A DNA stretch of 64,000 nucleotides, from NCBI GenBank assembly GCA_002633005.1, contig NMRA01001044.1, forward strand, positions 767 to 64,766, written 5' to 3'. Of the stretch, positions 13,175-26,500 are shown piece by piece. Numbering within the stretch: the stretch's first letter is position 1; each line of letters opens with the position of its first letter. Made by a program: the position numbers and the translations under genes. Source of the DNA: Phoronis australis. Lineage: Eukaryota; Animalia; Phoronida. The notes under the pieces were generated by a model. The model did no database searches and was not told where the DNA came from. It saw nothing but the letters and a program-made list of their open reading frames with translations.

Positions 13175-13295
13175 CACTGCAGAGCTGTTCCACCTTGCTG
13201 TTCTGTAGTTGTAGAGAATTGTTCACCCATGCTAGCATTTTGTTCCAGCTGAGCGTCTCCGCTGTGGCACTCATGGAATGAACATTCACTGCCAT
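13175..13295 (-). CDS. MAPRE1: EB1/MAPRE family microtubule plus-end binding protein, first coding exon (121 nt, CH domain start)
   Basis: Translates [40 protein letters not shown](G), clearly homologous to the EB1 N-terminus [30 protein letters not shown]. GTAAG donor at 13174. A CAG acceptor at 13313-13311 implies a non-coding upstream exon. Confidence 0.93.
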
Positions 13296-14201
13296 AGTTA
13301 ATGTCGGTTTCTGAAGGCAAAATATACAACACATGATTTAAAACTTCAGTGAACTGCACAACAATACTCAGTAACAGTCATTAAATCAGGGCTTTAAATG
13401 ACCCATGACAAAAAAGAGGAAATTTTTACGGTCTTTAAATACACATTTCAATCTAAACCATACCTCAACAGATCGAAAGTTTTAGTGTCCTGTTAGCAAA
13501 ACGCACTCATCATAAGCAGTACCTGATATCTATATCAGCAACAACAATGAAGGCAATTTGACTCAACAAAAGATATTTTTTTAAATTAGAATAATAAAGA
13601 CAATGATGAAAAATTTGCGGTTTCAGTGGGAGGAGCTTATTCTTGATTTGCTGCAGGTACACCTATAAAATTATTTTCAATTCTTATAATTACGATACAA
13701 AACTACAAAAAAAATTGAAAATCGATCCATAGATTAGCTTGAAAGCCTGAAATACATTACCCATTTAATTCCAACGCAAATGAAAAAAGTCAAGATGAAA
13801 ACCTGTGGCTCATAGTCATACCCCAAACCTTAGCATGGAAAAATGAAAGTCAAAAACAACAAAATTTAAACTATGGAATACATCAATCACAATCCTGAAC
13901 TGGTAAAACTTTTCAGTTTCAAACACTAATTACAGAAGTTAACTGTTCATAAGCATCGCTAGTGTAGAAGAAACTATGTGACATAAGAAATAACTACCAG
14001 GACACTGAAAATCATAGATATCACACTATGCGGCACGTAGAAAATCGCACACAGGCAATCAGGCCTTGCTTAGCAGCCAACGACAATGGGCATGCATGTG
14101 GGATCAAACAAAAGAATTTCATACATCACTCACATCCCACGATTCCAATCCAACGAACAACTGGTTACGGTTGAATTTCCTTTAAGGAAGCGTTGTTATT
14201 T

Positions 14202-14243
14202 CTAGTGTTTCATCGTTTTCAGTCGGTCCTCCGACTGAAAACG
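14202..14243 (-). mobile_element. Putative Helitron 3' terminus
   Basis: Perfect 13-bp hairpin CGTTTTCAGTCGG-tcct-CCGACTGAAAACG, followed on the minus strand after 8 nt by CTAG. The next base is A, not the canonical T. Confidence 0.4.
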
Positions 14244-14782
14244 CAGATGCCTTTGATGAACCAAGATCTCCCAAGTACAGGCGCTTAAATTTATCTATTA
14301 CTCGATTGCCTGACGTCACTCACTACTAAGAAAACATGTGTGATGGGACATTAGTAACTTTACGCTTATTGTTATTCTTATTTAGTTGCAAATGTTCAGT
14401 TAATCTTATGCTTATGTCTTTATTGCATCTCAGTGCGCCTTTGTTACGTAAGCATTGGGGCGCGACTGTACGTGTGGGGCACTTCGCTAGCGACAGGCTT
14501 AGAAGAAAGGTGTTTCCTTCCTTCGCCTATATGAAATTGATCGTTATCATGTGTATCTGAACTGAAACCGGTATGCCTGATGAGGTGAAATACACATTTT
14601 TGATGTTCAGTGGAGACTATATGCTCTGTTACACATGCTTCTTATACCGTTACGAGTCATCGTGAAATTAGAGTGCCTGTGATCCATAATTACATTTTTC
14701 GTTCCTCCGAAACAGAAAGAGCAGTTTCCGCTTTTCGAGTCGTCGGCAACTCCGCGAAGAGAAACCAATTTGTCTCGACAAT

Positions 14783-17300
14783 TTGTTCTGTGATGTCAGG
14801 AAGGTGGTCATGAACACCAAGTCGGGATCAGTTCCAGGCCCATCTGGGCTACCGTATATAGTGTGCAAGTGTCCAAGGTTATTACAATGCCTTTGGAAGC
14901 TGTTGAGAGTGATTTGGCGCTCAAAGGAGTTGCCTTGGAGATGGGGAAATGCGGAAGGGGTGTACATTCCGAAAGGCAAAGGTTCTGTGAAGATTGGTGA
15001 CTTCCAATCTCGTTATTCGATGTGGAGGGGAAAGTCTTTTTCGCTGTGGTGGCAGACAGGCTACAACATATTTGTTGCAGAACAGTTACATCAACCCATC
15101 AGTGCAGAAGGGAGGCATTCCCAGCTACTCTGTTTGTTTAGAACACAATTGCGTGATCACAGAGTAATCAAGGATGCAAAGAAATTGAAGAAAGACCTGT
15201 CTGTGGTATGGCTCGACATGGCCAATGCTTATGGGTCGATGCCACACAAGCTTATAGAGAAGGCGATGTGTATGTATCATTTGCCAGATCTGCTTTCTCT
15301 CATCAGCAAATAATTCACGGGAGCAAGAATGAGATTCTCAAAAATGGTTTTACAACGGAGTGGCAACCTTTGCAGATGGGGATCATGACTGGGTACATAA
15401 TTTCTATAATTCTGTTTGTGATGGCCATGAATGGTATGATTAAGCGAGCATCCAAGGAGTGGAGGGGACCTTTGTTGCAGAACATGCGTCTACCAAGTTG
15501 TCGAGCATATGTGGATGAGATTACTGTTACAACTCAGTCGGCATTAGGTGCAGGCCGGATTCTAAAAGCATTGTGTGATCTAGCCAGGTGGGCTCCTATG
15601 GCGTAGTAGCAAAATCAAGGAGCTTAGTGCTGGTTCGAGGGAAGATTAACTCACATTTCGCTTTTAAGGTGGAAGATTTGATACCTTCGGGGTCTGATAA
15701 GTCAGTAAGTATCTGGGGAAAGAGTATGACAGCACATTGAAGGATGGAGACCATGTAAAAGCAGCGCTGAAAAGTTTACAGGAATATCTTCAGAAGACCA
15801 ATGAGTGCGGATTACCTGGCCACTTTAAGGTGTGGTGTTACCAGTTTGGTCTATTCCCGAAGGCCATGTGGCCTTTGACAGTGTACGATCTACCTACTAC
15901 AACAGCGGAGAGGATGGAGTGCTTGGTTAGCCGCTGGTTGCGCAAGTGGTTAGGCATCCCGCCAAGTTTCACCAGGTTGGGCCTGTACATTAGGTCTTCA
16001 GCAGTAAACCTACCTACACTATGTTGGGCCTGTACATGAGGTCTTCAGCAGTAAACCTACCTACACGATCTACTGTGGAAGAGTTTAAAGTCATTAAGTG
16101 CAGGACTTTCCTGACTCTGAGGGACTCGAGAGATGATGATATCAGTGGTGTATAGATTGACGTTTTTGCGGAAAGGAAGTGGAGTCCAGAGGAAGTAGCA
16201 TCAGCACAGAGCAGGCTTCACCATAAAGATTTAGTAGGGGCAGTTTCTACAGGACGTGAAGGCCTTGGCATGAAACCGTTTAAGAGGTAGAAGACAACTA
16301 GAGGGAAAGAGCGTCGTTCTATAGTGTTAGACGAAGTACGTCATCAGGAAGAGAAGCGCTTTTCTCATGCTGTTGGTTTGAGAAAGCAGGGCGCCTGGAC
16401 AGCATGGGAGGGGGTTCACAGTAGGCGCATTACAGCGAACGACCTGATTTCATGTGACCAGTACAGATTAAGTTTTATTCTGCGTTTTGTGTATGACGTA
16501 CTCCCTAGTCCGACAAACCTGAAGTTATGGGGAAGAATAGAAGACGATTCTTGCAGCAGTTGTGGGGAGCGCTGCACTTTACAGCACGTTTTGTCATCCT
16601 GTAAGTCGGCTTTTTTTTGGCAGAAAGCTAATACAAGTGGAGACATGATATGATTCTCAAGGTGATTGCACATATTTTGGATCCAGAAAGAAGGAAGGTG
16701 GTTAGCAACACCGAAAGCCCACTAATATCATTTTGTAGAGAAGGTGGATTGGGGAGGAGGAAAGATGCAGGTGTGTTGACTACAGCAAGTGACTGGAAGA
16801 TGATAGTGGATGTAGGGCCGTTGGCAGTATTCCCGAGCCATATAGTGATGATGACACTCCGGCCTGACTTGGTATTATGGTCAGATGGTACAAAGACATT
16901 CATCAGAGTAGATTACTTACAGTACCATGGGAATCCCGAATGGTAGAGGTCAACGAGCGGAAAAGGCTTAAGTATGCAGAACTTTCCCATGATTGCTCAG
17001 TAGCTGGTTGGAAGTGTTTTTGTATGCCAGTCGAAATAGGATGCAGAGGTTTCATCGGGAGCAGCAGGTGGAGGTTGATGAAGTTCATAGGTATCAGCAC
17101 AGTGTTGAGGAAGAATTTGGTGCAGTCAGTGATGAGATCTGCTGAAGAGGCGTCGTTGTGGTTGTGGTTATGGTTACAGCGAGACAACAGGTGGCACTCC
17201 AAGTGATGACCGAACCCTGATCAACTTTGGGGACCCGGCTTCCGAGATGATTCTAGATTTGGGGGTCGAAATTATCGATGATGATGCATTCTAGCTGATG
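14783..17300 (+). mobile_element. 5'-truncated, decayed non-LTR retrotransposon with RT and restriction-like endonuclease (HERO-like, R2 group)
   Basis: Frameshifted ORF pieces: PGPSG..., VYIPK, VVWLDMANAYGSMPH, GIMTG..IS.ILF, AYVDEITV (degenerate YxDD), QGAW..WE, CSSCGERCTLQHVLSSC (CCHC), WRHD, RPDLVLWS...LTVPWE...K..KY...PVEIGCRGF. Stop at 17206. An internal 47-bp duplication lies at 15976-16066. Confidence 0.9.
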
Positions 17301-17736
17301 ACAGCACTTGGGAGAAACAGCACACAACAACAGTGTTTCAGGTAATTTATGGCAAGTCCGATTTTTCTGCGGAAATATAACAAAAAAGCAGAGGGAATAA
17401 AAGAAAAAACCGGAAATCCGTGTTTCCGCGGAAAATTCCAAGCCTTAATTGCTATATAGGCATGGTGTTAGCAAAAAATCACCAAGGCAATTCTGTTAGT
17501 GGTGTCTGCAGAGAACCTACTAAGGTTTTACTATACCATACATTAAAGAAGTCATTGGTCATTCAGAACCAGGATGCCACTGATTCTCTGAATAACATGC
17601 AGAGCTCAGTGACCATATAACTATGTTTATGACCAGCTACTGATTATGTTCCCTGTATATCTCACTTCACTTTTTTTTGATTTTGCAGCGATCGTCCGGT
17701 TTTTAATCTTATTGTGGCCAAAAACTGATTAAATTA

Positions 17737-19077
17737 CCGTATTCGCCGTAATAACTGCCCATGCCCCTATAAGCACCTCCCCACGCGTTTTCAGACTTTG
17801 CTGACACAAGCGCCCAGTCCATGAACATGTACATGCGAACAATGACGTACCTATACAGTCCTAAAACTCGGCTACAGTAACGTCTTCAATTTATCAAAAA
17901 AAATTTGCACAGGTCTTCTAGACCACCAGCTGCGCTACTACGTTAGTATTTAGCCGTGACTTACACTTCAAAGTAACACAGCCTTGCTACGCTCTCGCAA
18001 CGACCATGTGCCACTATATGGTCTGACCTTTCAGTAGACACATAGACTGTCTCATGAATAAAAATAATTCGGTGTTAAACGCACATGGCCAGGAAGCGCG
18101 CGCTACATACATGAACCTGTCATCAAAGACATTAGTCAGGAACTATCCATTCATGAAACGGGTAGCATAGCATCGATAAGAAATGAATATTGGCACAATT
18201 TCCAACAATTTCCAATACTAAACAACATTTGTTTGCGTTATTTTTGAAATGGATGCTTTGATTAAGCACAATTGGTGTTTTTAAGCCGAATATCCGATAA
18301 AATGACAACTGACAGTGAATGCTTACACACACTGTCAGATAGTTTCGTACACACCCAGCTACACGGCGACTAATATGGGCCTTACCGAGACAAATGTCAA
18401 ACGCTTTTAGCACATGAGACCGGCAAGTGCTGAATGAAACACTCTGGTTTAGGCCTACTGCTTGTGCAAATTTCTTAAGACACCATGCACATCTAACATG
18501 TTAGATTGCGTGGCTCTGGCCAAAGGACAGTCTCTGCTTTGGCAAATAAACTTCAAAACAAACGTCCCGTGACAACATGTATGTTCGCCCAGACATTCTC
18601 GCCGTGTTGCCGATCATACATGTAGATGGCACGATGTTGCACAGATTTTTACTTAAACCTGCCGTTAATCCAGACTCCACGGGAACTTAAAAAATTTTAG
18701 AGACGCTACTTATAAAACTTAATGAGGATTTCAGGTAATTTGCTTGAGTCGAAACCATTTTTATTCAAGCATTGAAGTCGCCATATCAAAGATGGCGATT
18801 TTGAGGCAGTCAGTCGGCGAGTTTTCGCCCTGGGATTTCAGCACAATTTTCTGTAAAATGATCGTAATTTGGCAGCAAAGTTTGATAGCAATGCACCACA
18901 GTTTTGTTGAAAGTCTTTCATAGATTACATATACGTCACAGAGCGTAAATTTGATGCATCTTAGCTTCCGATTTCGCACGTTTCGGAGACCGGGTTTCAA
19001 CCGCCTTGGGTTATAATAAGCGTCCCCCTGAACCGAACTTTTCTAAGCACCCTGGGCGGTTATTACAGCGAATACGG
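17737..19077 (-). mobile_element. Tc2/pogo-like non-autonomous element, with a partial tandem copy at ~19090-19470
   Basis: TA TSD on both sides. TIRs CCGTATTCGCCGTAATAACTGCCC / GGGCGGTTATTACAGCGAATACGG. Same family as 7010-7522. Confidence 0.8.
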
Positions 19078-20391
19078 TAATTTTGACTCAACCTGCCATT
19101 CATTCCGACTCTTAGGGAACTTAAAATCTTAGGTACACTATCTGGAAATTAAGGATTTCAGATAATTTCCTTCAGTTGAAACAGTATCAAGTTGCCATAG
19201 GCCTACCGCCAGACGATTGCAAGGTAGTTAGTCAGCGAGATTTCGCCCTGGGATTTACATATGCACAATTTTCTGTAAAATGATTGTAATTCAACGGCAA
19301 GGTTTGACAGCAATGCACCACAATTTTGTATGAAGTCTGTCATAGGTTACAGATACGTCATAGAGGATGACTCACACCAACTTCCAATTTAACCCGTTTC
19401 GGAGACCGGGTTTCAACCACCTTGGCACAATAAACGCCCCCCCTTGAAACGGAATTTTCTAAGCGCCCTCAGGGCTGTAGGAAGCGGGGCGGTACGGGCC
19501 ATGCACCCCAAAAATTTTCAGACATCAGGGTTCAACCGTGGCAACCTATGTACGCATTAGGCGGAGACAGTCGAGAAAAAAATGTTAAATGTGGATAAGA
19601 GAAAATTCCAAAGAACATTTAACATCTCTATCAGTGCATATGGTTTACCGTTTAAGGACCCTGGCCAGGACATTGTTGTTGGGATCTCCGCTTTCGCAGC
19701 ACAGGTTGTCAAAATGCACTTGACAACGTCCACGTAATGATTCATGCACATATTTCGAGAAATAGAAAAGAACATTGTAGAGTGTATTAATTACTGGATC
19801 TTTAAATTCAATAATTCAATTATGCGACTGCAAAACCACATTTTCTAGAAGCCCCTGTTTGGCATGGGATAACAGAGACAATTGTCGCTTTTTTCTCAAA
19901 CTGCATATCACTTGAGAAAAAAATGATGATATGACATCAACTGCTGCACATTTCTTGATTCTTCAAAAAGCTATTTTCATACTGAAGGACCCCACCCTTG
20001 AAGGAAGGCATTGATGACATTCAAGTGGTCACCCTTTTTTATGTTTTTACTGCTAGTTCTTAAGGGTCCACTCACAGATAGAGGGTCCAAAGTTGGACTC
20101 GATTACATCTGGTTTCCTGTTTTTTGTTCGGCAATATAAACAAAAAGAATGTACCACTTGTCAGTTATCCTGATCTAAAATTAACATCTATTTACATATT
20201 TACAAGCATGATAACAAGTTATCGGAAACTTGGGACGAAGACAGGGTCGAACGTCAGCACCAACAGTAGGGTGGACAATCAAAAAGTAGGTCACGGTGTC
20301 ATCTGCCTCCGTGTAAAACCCAAGTCAGTAAATTACCCGATTTCAGACTTCAAAGTTAACTATAAGATAATTTTGTGGTATAAATCATTAC

Positions 20392-20500
20392 CTTAGTCTT
20401 TATTTGTAAGTTTGTAATCTTTTTGTCTCAGATTATTGCTGATAAATCATTTTTTATAAGCTTTTTTTAGCGCCCGATTTTCCGCCATGCGAACAACTTT
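20392..20500 (-). promoter_or_regulatory. Putative non-coding first exon and promoter of the EB1-like gene; likely part of a bidirectional promoter (~20.4-20.9 kb)
   Basis: AG|GTAATG donor at 20391. YY1-like CCGCCAT at 20482-20488, local CpG enrichment, and an opposite-strand AG|GTAAGG donor at 20938. The EB1 ATG exon has an acceptor that needs an upstream exon. Confidence 0.35.
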
Positions 20501-23500
20501 TGAAAAAGTGCCTCTTGGGCTATCCAAAACAGCACTATACTCTCAAATACAAACATGAAATTTGGACAGGATGTAGTTTAGATGCGTGCGCATCTCCTCA
20601 AGTTGTTTTCTCGAAGTTAAAGCCAACTTTTCATGGCGAGTTTTTGATCGTCCGGAAGGCCTAATTTTGGTCGGTCGGGAGATTGATGTTTTTCCAGTTG
20701 CGCAATATGCCCCCCCTCGGTTATAAAATGAGGAATTTATCACTCCTTTAATGGGGCTATTCGGAAAATCTGCAACAACTAGAGGGCGTGCGTGTACTAG
20801 TGGTGATAGATTAACAGCCTCGATTTCGCGAGCCCTTTAAATACATGGTGAAATGGCTTGCAGCCGTGCCAACTGAATCTGAGATTGCGAAAAAAGGGTG
20901 ATTCTATGAGAGAAAGTAAGCACGACCTCATACAAAGGTAAGGTTCGTGATTATTCTACCGATGCCTGTTAACTGAGGCACTCGCCGATGTCGACTTCGC
21001 GGCAGTCAGTCACCAGCCAGAGTCTGGTTAATCTTTGTATGTTGTGATATGTCATACGATACTTGATGTAGCAATCGGGATCTTTTCGTACATCAAAGCA
21101 TTATTATTGTTTGGAATGATTTCTAAAAGTTTATCAGTGACAGTTACATCAATCAATGCTGAATGTTTATGCTGTCAACTCGATACAGGTTAATGAGTTA
21201 AGATTACAATCCAATCCTAATGGCAAAGGGTAGGTGAGTGATAAATATCCATTGCATTAGACTATTTGTTTACTCCCTATCATATGTCTTCTGGAAATCT
21301 ATTACACGTTGAAATGGAAATCTATCACGTCAGTTTTCACGTAACCTTTGGTTTTTAGGTTTGAAGGCTTGTACCGTGCAGAGGAGATATGCATCGCTTC
21401 TGCACCGTCCCTGAATGGACAAAAATTGGTTTTTAGCATTTGACTGCAGCTAACCAACAAGATCTTCCCATCATCCAGTGCAGATCTGTTGTCAAAGCCT
21501 ACTTTCAATATTGGAGACAACGAACAAAGCCTTTGAAAAGGAACAGCTATTTTTAAAGTCATTTTGTTAAATTACTTATTCAGGTCCCGAGGGGGGATTG
21601 GCATGGGGGGTTGTAATATTTGGTACAACTGAATGTGTGGAAAAAACAGGTAATACATGTTTGGGGAAAAGAGCATGGTGAGACAATTCTTAACCTTCAC
21701 GAAGTCCCTTCAAATTGATTTCATGAAACTGTTTTGCTACTTGTATCAATTGTAAAACCAGGAAAATATATTACATTTTTGGAATTCACAGTGACTGAAA
21801 TGTTGCAAGTCGTTATAAATTCAAATGACTGCCATTTTTGTGAAAATTGCATTTTTGATGGTGTCTTACGATTTGCAATTACTCTTAAACAACAGAAAGA
21901 TTATCCATCATTTTTAAATGACCCAAGTCTTCATATCTTCTATTAGAAGAAAAACGGTTCCCTCAACCTTAGGCTTGAAGTATGCTTGACAGAACCATGA
22001 AACTGTAATATGAGTTTAAATTGCTGGAAGTATCAAAATTAAAAAGGCTTGAAAATGGGCAACAAAGGTTTGAAGTTGTCTCAAAAAACTTGAATATTTT
22101 ACAGACAAGTGATGCGTTTAAAGAATTGTTATGGCTAGGGATAAAAAATAAAGACACAGTTTTATGCAACACTCATTATATACACCCTTGGTTTCTGAAA
22201 ATAGTAATTATTTACTTTTATGTGAAACTCTAGACCAATCACCATATATTTTTGAAAAACAGAGATAACATTTTTGATCCAATCTGAAGTACTTAATTAT
22301 TCATATTTCAATATTTGTTCCAGGTTCAGTGACATCTTAAGGCCACTTCAAGCTGTATCATAGACAAGCTTTGTTACTCCGTTCTCTTCCCACAGCACTT
22401 CCACACATCAGCAGTGCTGCATTGCACAATGTGCAAGTCAGTGGCCCTGGAGAAATGTGAATCGCAGTACTAAGTTACCATAAGACAATGTGCCAGTGGA
22501 CTGTCTGTGTATTCCGACAAACTATATCTGACTGCTACACCAGCCAGCCTCGTTGGTGAGGATGCCCTTTCATAGGCAATTAGTCATGTGTGGACAATAG
22601 CTTATTTCCTTTCCAGGAAGAAACATGAGGGACAGAAGCTAAAGAAGACCTAGTGACACTCTGGTCTAGTTCAGGGTCTGATTTTGGGCTCAAAATGATT
22701 CAAGTGATATGCTGCTGCGTTTACCTTCAAGGGTCTAATTGTGGATGTTATTGAGGCTGAATGAGGTTACATGAAAGAAAGCCACGTGTTGAAACTGGAC
22801 CTTTTTTACAAGCGCCTTTATAGGCCATTGAAACTAGAACCCAGTGAAATGAAAGCCAAAAGCTGAGTGACATTAAATTTTCCTTTCAGAAGAAAGGCTT
22901 TATACTATTGGTAAAAACTTTTCAATTTGGTACAGATTATGGGGAAATGACATTCAGTGACTGCATCGATTGTCTTATTGTATGTTTTCAATTGTAGCTA
23001 GCTGGATAAGAATCTGCTATGCACAAGATTCAAGAATAAACAATTATCAGTGTATTTAAAAACAAATGGCAAACTGAAAAAGCACAGAAAGAAACAACAT
23101 TGCGAGGGAGTCCATAATCAGGCATATCAGGTGCTGAATTTCTGAATTACGTTCAATTCTCTCAGGTTATTGCTGAAGGATTGCTTTTCACTTTGTCCAA
23201 CGGTGAAATAGATGGTCAGGCGGTTGGTTTCAGTTGTTTTTTCTTGCCTGTAACAGAATAGAAATATTAGCAAATTGTAAAAGAAAAGACAAGACAAAAC
23301 TACTTTTGTAAGGCAGAACATACTTGACATTTCATCTTCATGTTTATGTGTAGAAACTAATAACCTTTGTACCCAAGTCTTATTTAATATCTGAATTAAA
23401 ATATGTGAAACAGGCTAAAAGTGATTTAACAATGTGTATTTTTCATGACACTTAAAATGTGCTTCTGATCTCAACAAGTAAAATTCATTCTAGGTGTCAA

Positions 23501-26500
23501 TTTTTTTCCAATGCAATGTTACGACATTTACTGAATTAAGGCTTTTTCATGTTAATTCGATAACTGAGCTGGTGGTCCTGGGGGTGGGGTCCACGAAACT
23601 CACTCATCTAGATAATTTTATTGGAAACAGCATAGTTTTGAAGAGAAACTGCTGTGAAAAAGTCACTCTTGACTTCTGTGCATCACGTACCATAGACCTC
23701 TTATTTTGGGAGCACTCCCACCCAGGACAATATGAATATGTGCTGCTAGCCTACCCGGCATCGGGTGAGTTTCCAAAAAGAAACACTTAGTTCCACTCAA
23801 TAAAACTGTTATTCAGTGGGGTAACTGGTGGGGATAACATCACCGAACGATGTTGATAGAAACTGATTGCTAAAAACTTACCAAGTAATGTTGTGTAGTC
23901 TCCGAATGGAACTGCATAGTCATAGAGCACACACGGGGCTTCAGCATCCACACACTTTTTGTCAGTTAGTTGACCCTGCTGACCGCAATTGTCCACGAAT
24001 ATAGTAACCTTAGATCTTTTGGGAATTTGTGGCCACCTGTCGAAGACTTGCACCAGGGATATTAGCAGTAATAAGGCTTAGCGAGACGACGTATTTTGAT
24101 AAAAATTCCATCTTTTACCAGTTGTTTACATGCAGACAGCCACACATGCGCAATTCAATCACCACTAGTACAGCAGCGACACCGCGAGGAGAATTCTCCG
24201 AATAGCCCCATTAGTAAATATATCATTTTCAGAAATTGGCACTTTTGAAACAGCAGTCGTTAGTTCACTATGTCACCACATGTCAGCGCCACCAGCGGCT
24301 ATGCTGAAGTTCAATGGCATTGCAACTTCACCATTCGATATAAAGTTGTTACAAAGTTTTTGTCGCGTAAATGATGAAATCCTTGATGTTAAGAGTGATT
24401 TGTTTTCCCAAATGGTCTTTTGTCTACTTTCTGATGTTTTTTGCCATGATACGATCTAATAGCCTCCCCCAGCCCCCTGTCACTGTCAGGCAATGATGTG
24501 TTGCCCAAGTAGTAGTATCAAAGATTTTATAGATACCTAAGATCTCCGACTTATGACCTAAATAGTCACAGCGTTACAAGTAGCGCCACCTTCTGGAAGG
24601 CGCTCAAATACAGCATAATAACACGGTTGACTGTAATGCCACTGTGTCATCTGGTGCTTACAAAATACTTTGTTTCGCTTGCCTAAAGATAAGGAGAGGT
24701 AAGTGTATGTTCATTATGTATTCCATACTACCATTGGCAACTGATCGGAGAATAGGAGCCAGTACTGCAGTAGAGCAGGCCTACATATTAGGGATAGTTA
24801 CCAGTAGTTGACAACACTGAGGACCACAGCATGGTGGTATGAAACTCATTCGGTAGTGGCTGCACATCTTCTGCCAGGAATGTAATAAAATTTAAGTGGA
24901 GTTGTATCAGCTGTGTTTGGATAAAGAAGAGTAGTCTACAGTTCAGGTTACAGGGTCAGACCCAGTGTTCTGGTCAGCTGGCCTTGTTTACTGCGTGAAA
25001 ACTGGGGTGAGATAGCTTTTAGGTTTAGTGGAGAATGTTTGCCAGCTTGCACAATGTAATGATGTTGTTTGTTGGCGTGTAGACTATTTCTCAGTGTATG
25101 GTTCAATTTTAGTTGTGCGAGTTGGGTGCAGAGTATGCATAGATCTGACCTAGCAGGGAAATCCTAGAGCTACATAACATGCGATTGTGTGGTCGCCATA
25201 TCCAAGAGGAACAATTCACTTATCAACTAAAATAAGAAAGTGTTGTTTTAGTGTAAACAGTCTGATTTTATGTGTTAGTATGAAGTTCCCAGGCACTACT
25301 CTGCATTATCACAGGATACGCGTGCCTCCAGCTGTCTTGCTGAAGAATATGTAACCTAAACAGGGATTATTGAGTCAACTTCTTTCTTAGAACAGTAAAC
25401 ACACCTTTTTTTGATACATCCTGCTGTACCCACACGGCTTGTTTCCCATGCCTGCATCCAGGGTCCTCTGGGGCTCGAAGGAGCCCCCCTATTTGGCGTA
25501 GTGGACAAAAAGTTTTGCCCCAAAGAAACAAAAACTCCGAAAAAAGCAGAAAATGAGACAGAAGTCCACTTCCACCAATCTTTTCTTAGTTATAGGTACA
25601 CATTCTCAAAAATTCGAGACCCCCATTTTTAGGCTGGGTGTGCGTGCATGTACTTGCTATACTCCACAACATATCAGAAGGTGTGTATTTCATACTAACC
25701 AGTTGTGGAAGTTGGTCTCATTTTTGTCTGGCAAAACTCTCTTTGAAGTATAAGTTTTAAGGGGCATGTCTATGTGACATCAGAGTTGCTGTACTATTAT
25801 ATTAGTCCTGATGAAGACCCAAGCAGAGCGCGTTTAAATTGCAAAACTTAAAATAAAGGGCTACTGTGAACCTGTTAATCTATATATTTTTTGATAACTT
25901 TGGGGATTCNCCCATTTTTAGGCTGGGTGCGCGTGCATGTACTTGCTATACTCCACAACATATCAGAAGGTGTGTATTTCATACTAATCACTTGTGGAAG
26001 TTGGTCTCATTTTTGTCTGGCAAAACTCTCTTTGAAGTATAAGTTTTAAGTGGCATGTCTATGTGACATCAGAGTTGTTGTACTATTATATTAGTCCTGA
26101 TGAAGACCCAAGCAGAGCGTGTTTAAATTGCAAAACTTAAAATAAAGGGCTAGTGTGAACCTGTTAATCTATATATTTTTTGATAACTTTGGGGATTCGC
26201 ATTTACCCTGAGGTACAGTTTGAGGTTAATGCCCAAGGAGTTATATTGATGCTATTGTCTTCACATGAAAAGGTCAATAGTCATATAACATTGATTGATT
26301 AGTCTGAAGTAGACTAATTATATGCAGCATAAGTGGGAAAACTTTTCTTGGTAATATTTTCATTGTACCGGATGGTAGTGTATGTTCCCTCGAACCACAT
26401 GCATTATCCATGACAACTATTTTTATGTTGGCAAAATCAAATTTATTGTCTTTAATATTGCAGTTATTCCAGAACATTAGTACTGTACAAGTGCTAGGTC

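Noticed and set aside
14549-14597. Type III hammerhead-like arrangement ATGTGTA-TC...CTGATGA-GGT-GAAA-TACACAT
   Set aside because: Stem III pairs, but stem I does not and stem II is at most 1 bp. Probably chance or a dead relic.
25806-25860. Penelope-type hammerhead CCTGATGAAGACCC...CGCGT...AATAAA
   Set aside because: The GGTCGAAA strand is missing, so it cannot fold. At best a decayed remnant.
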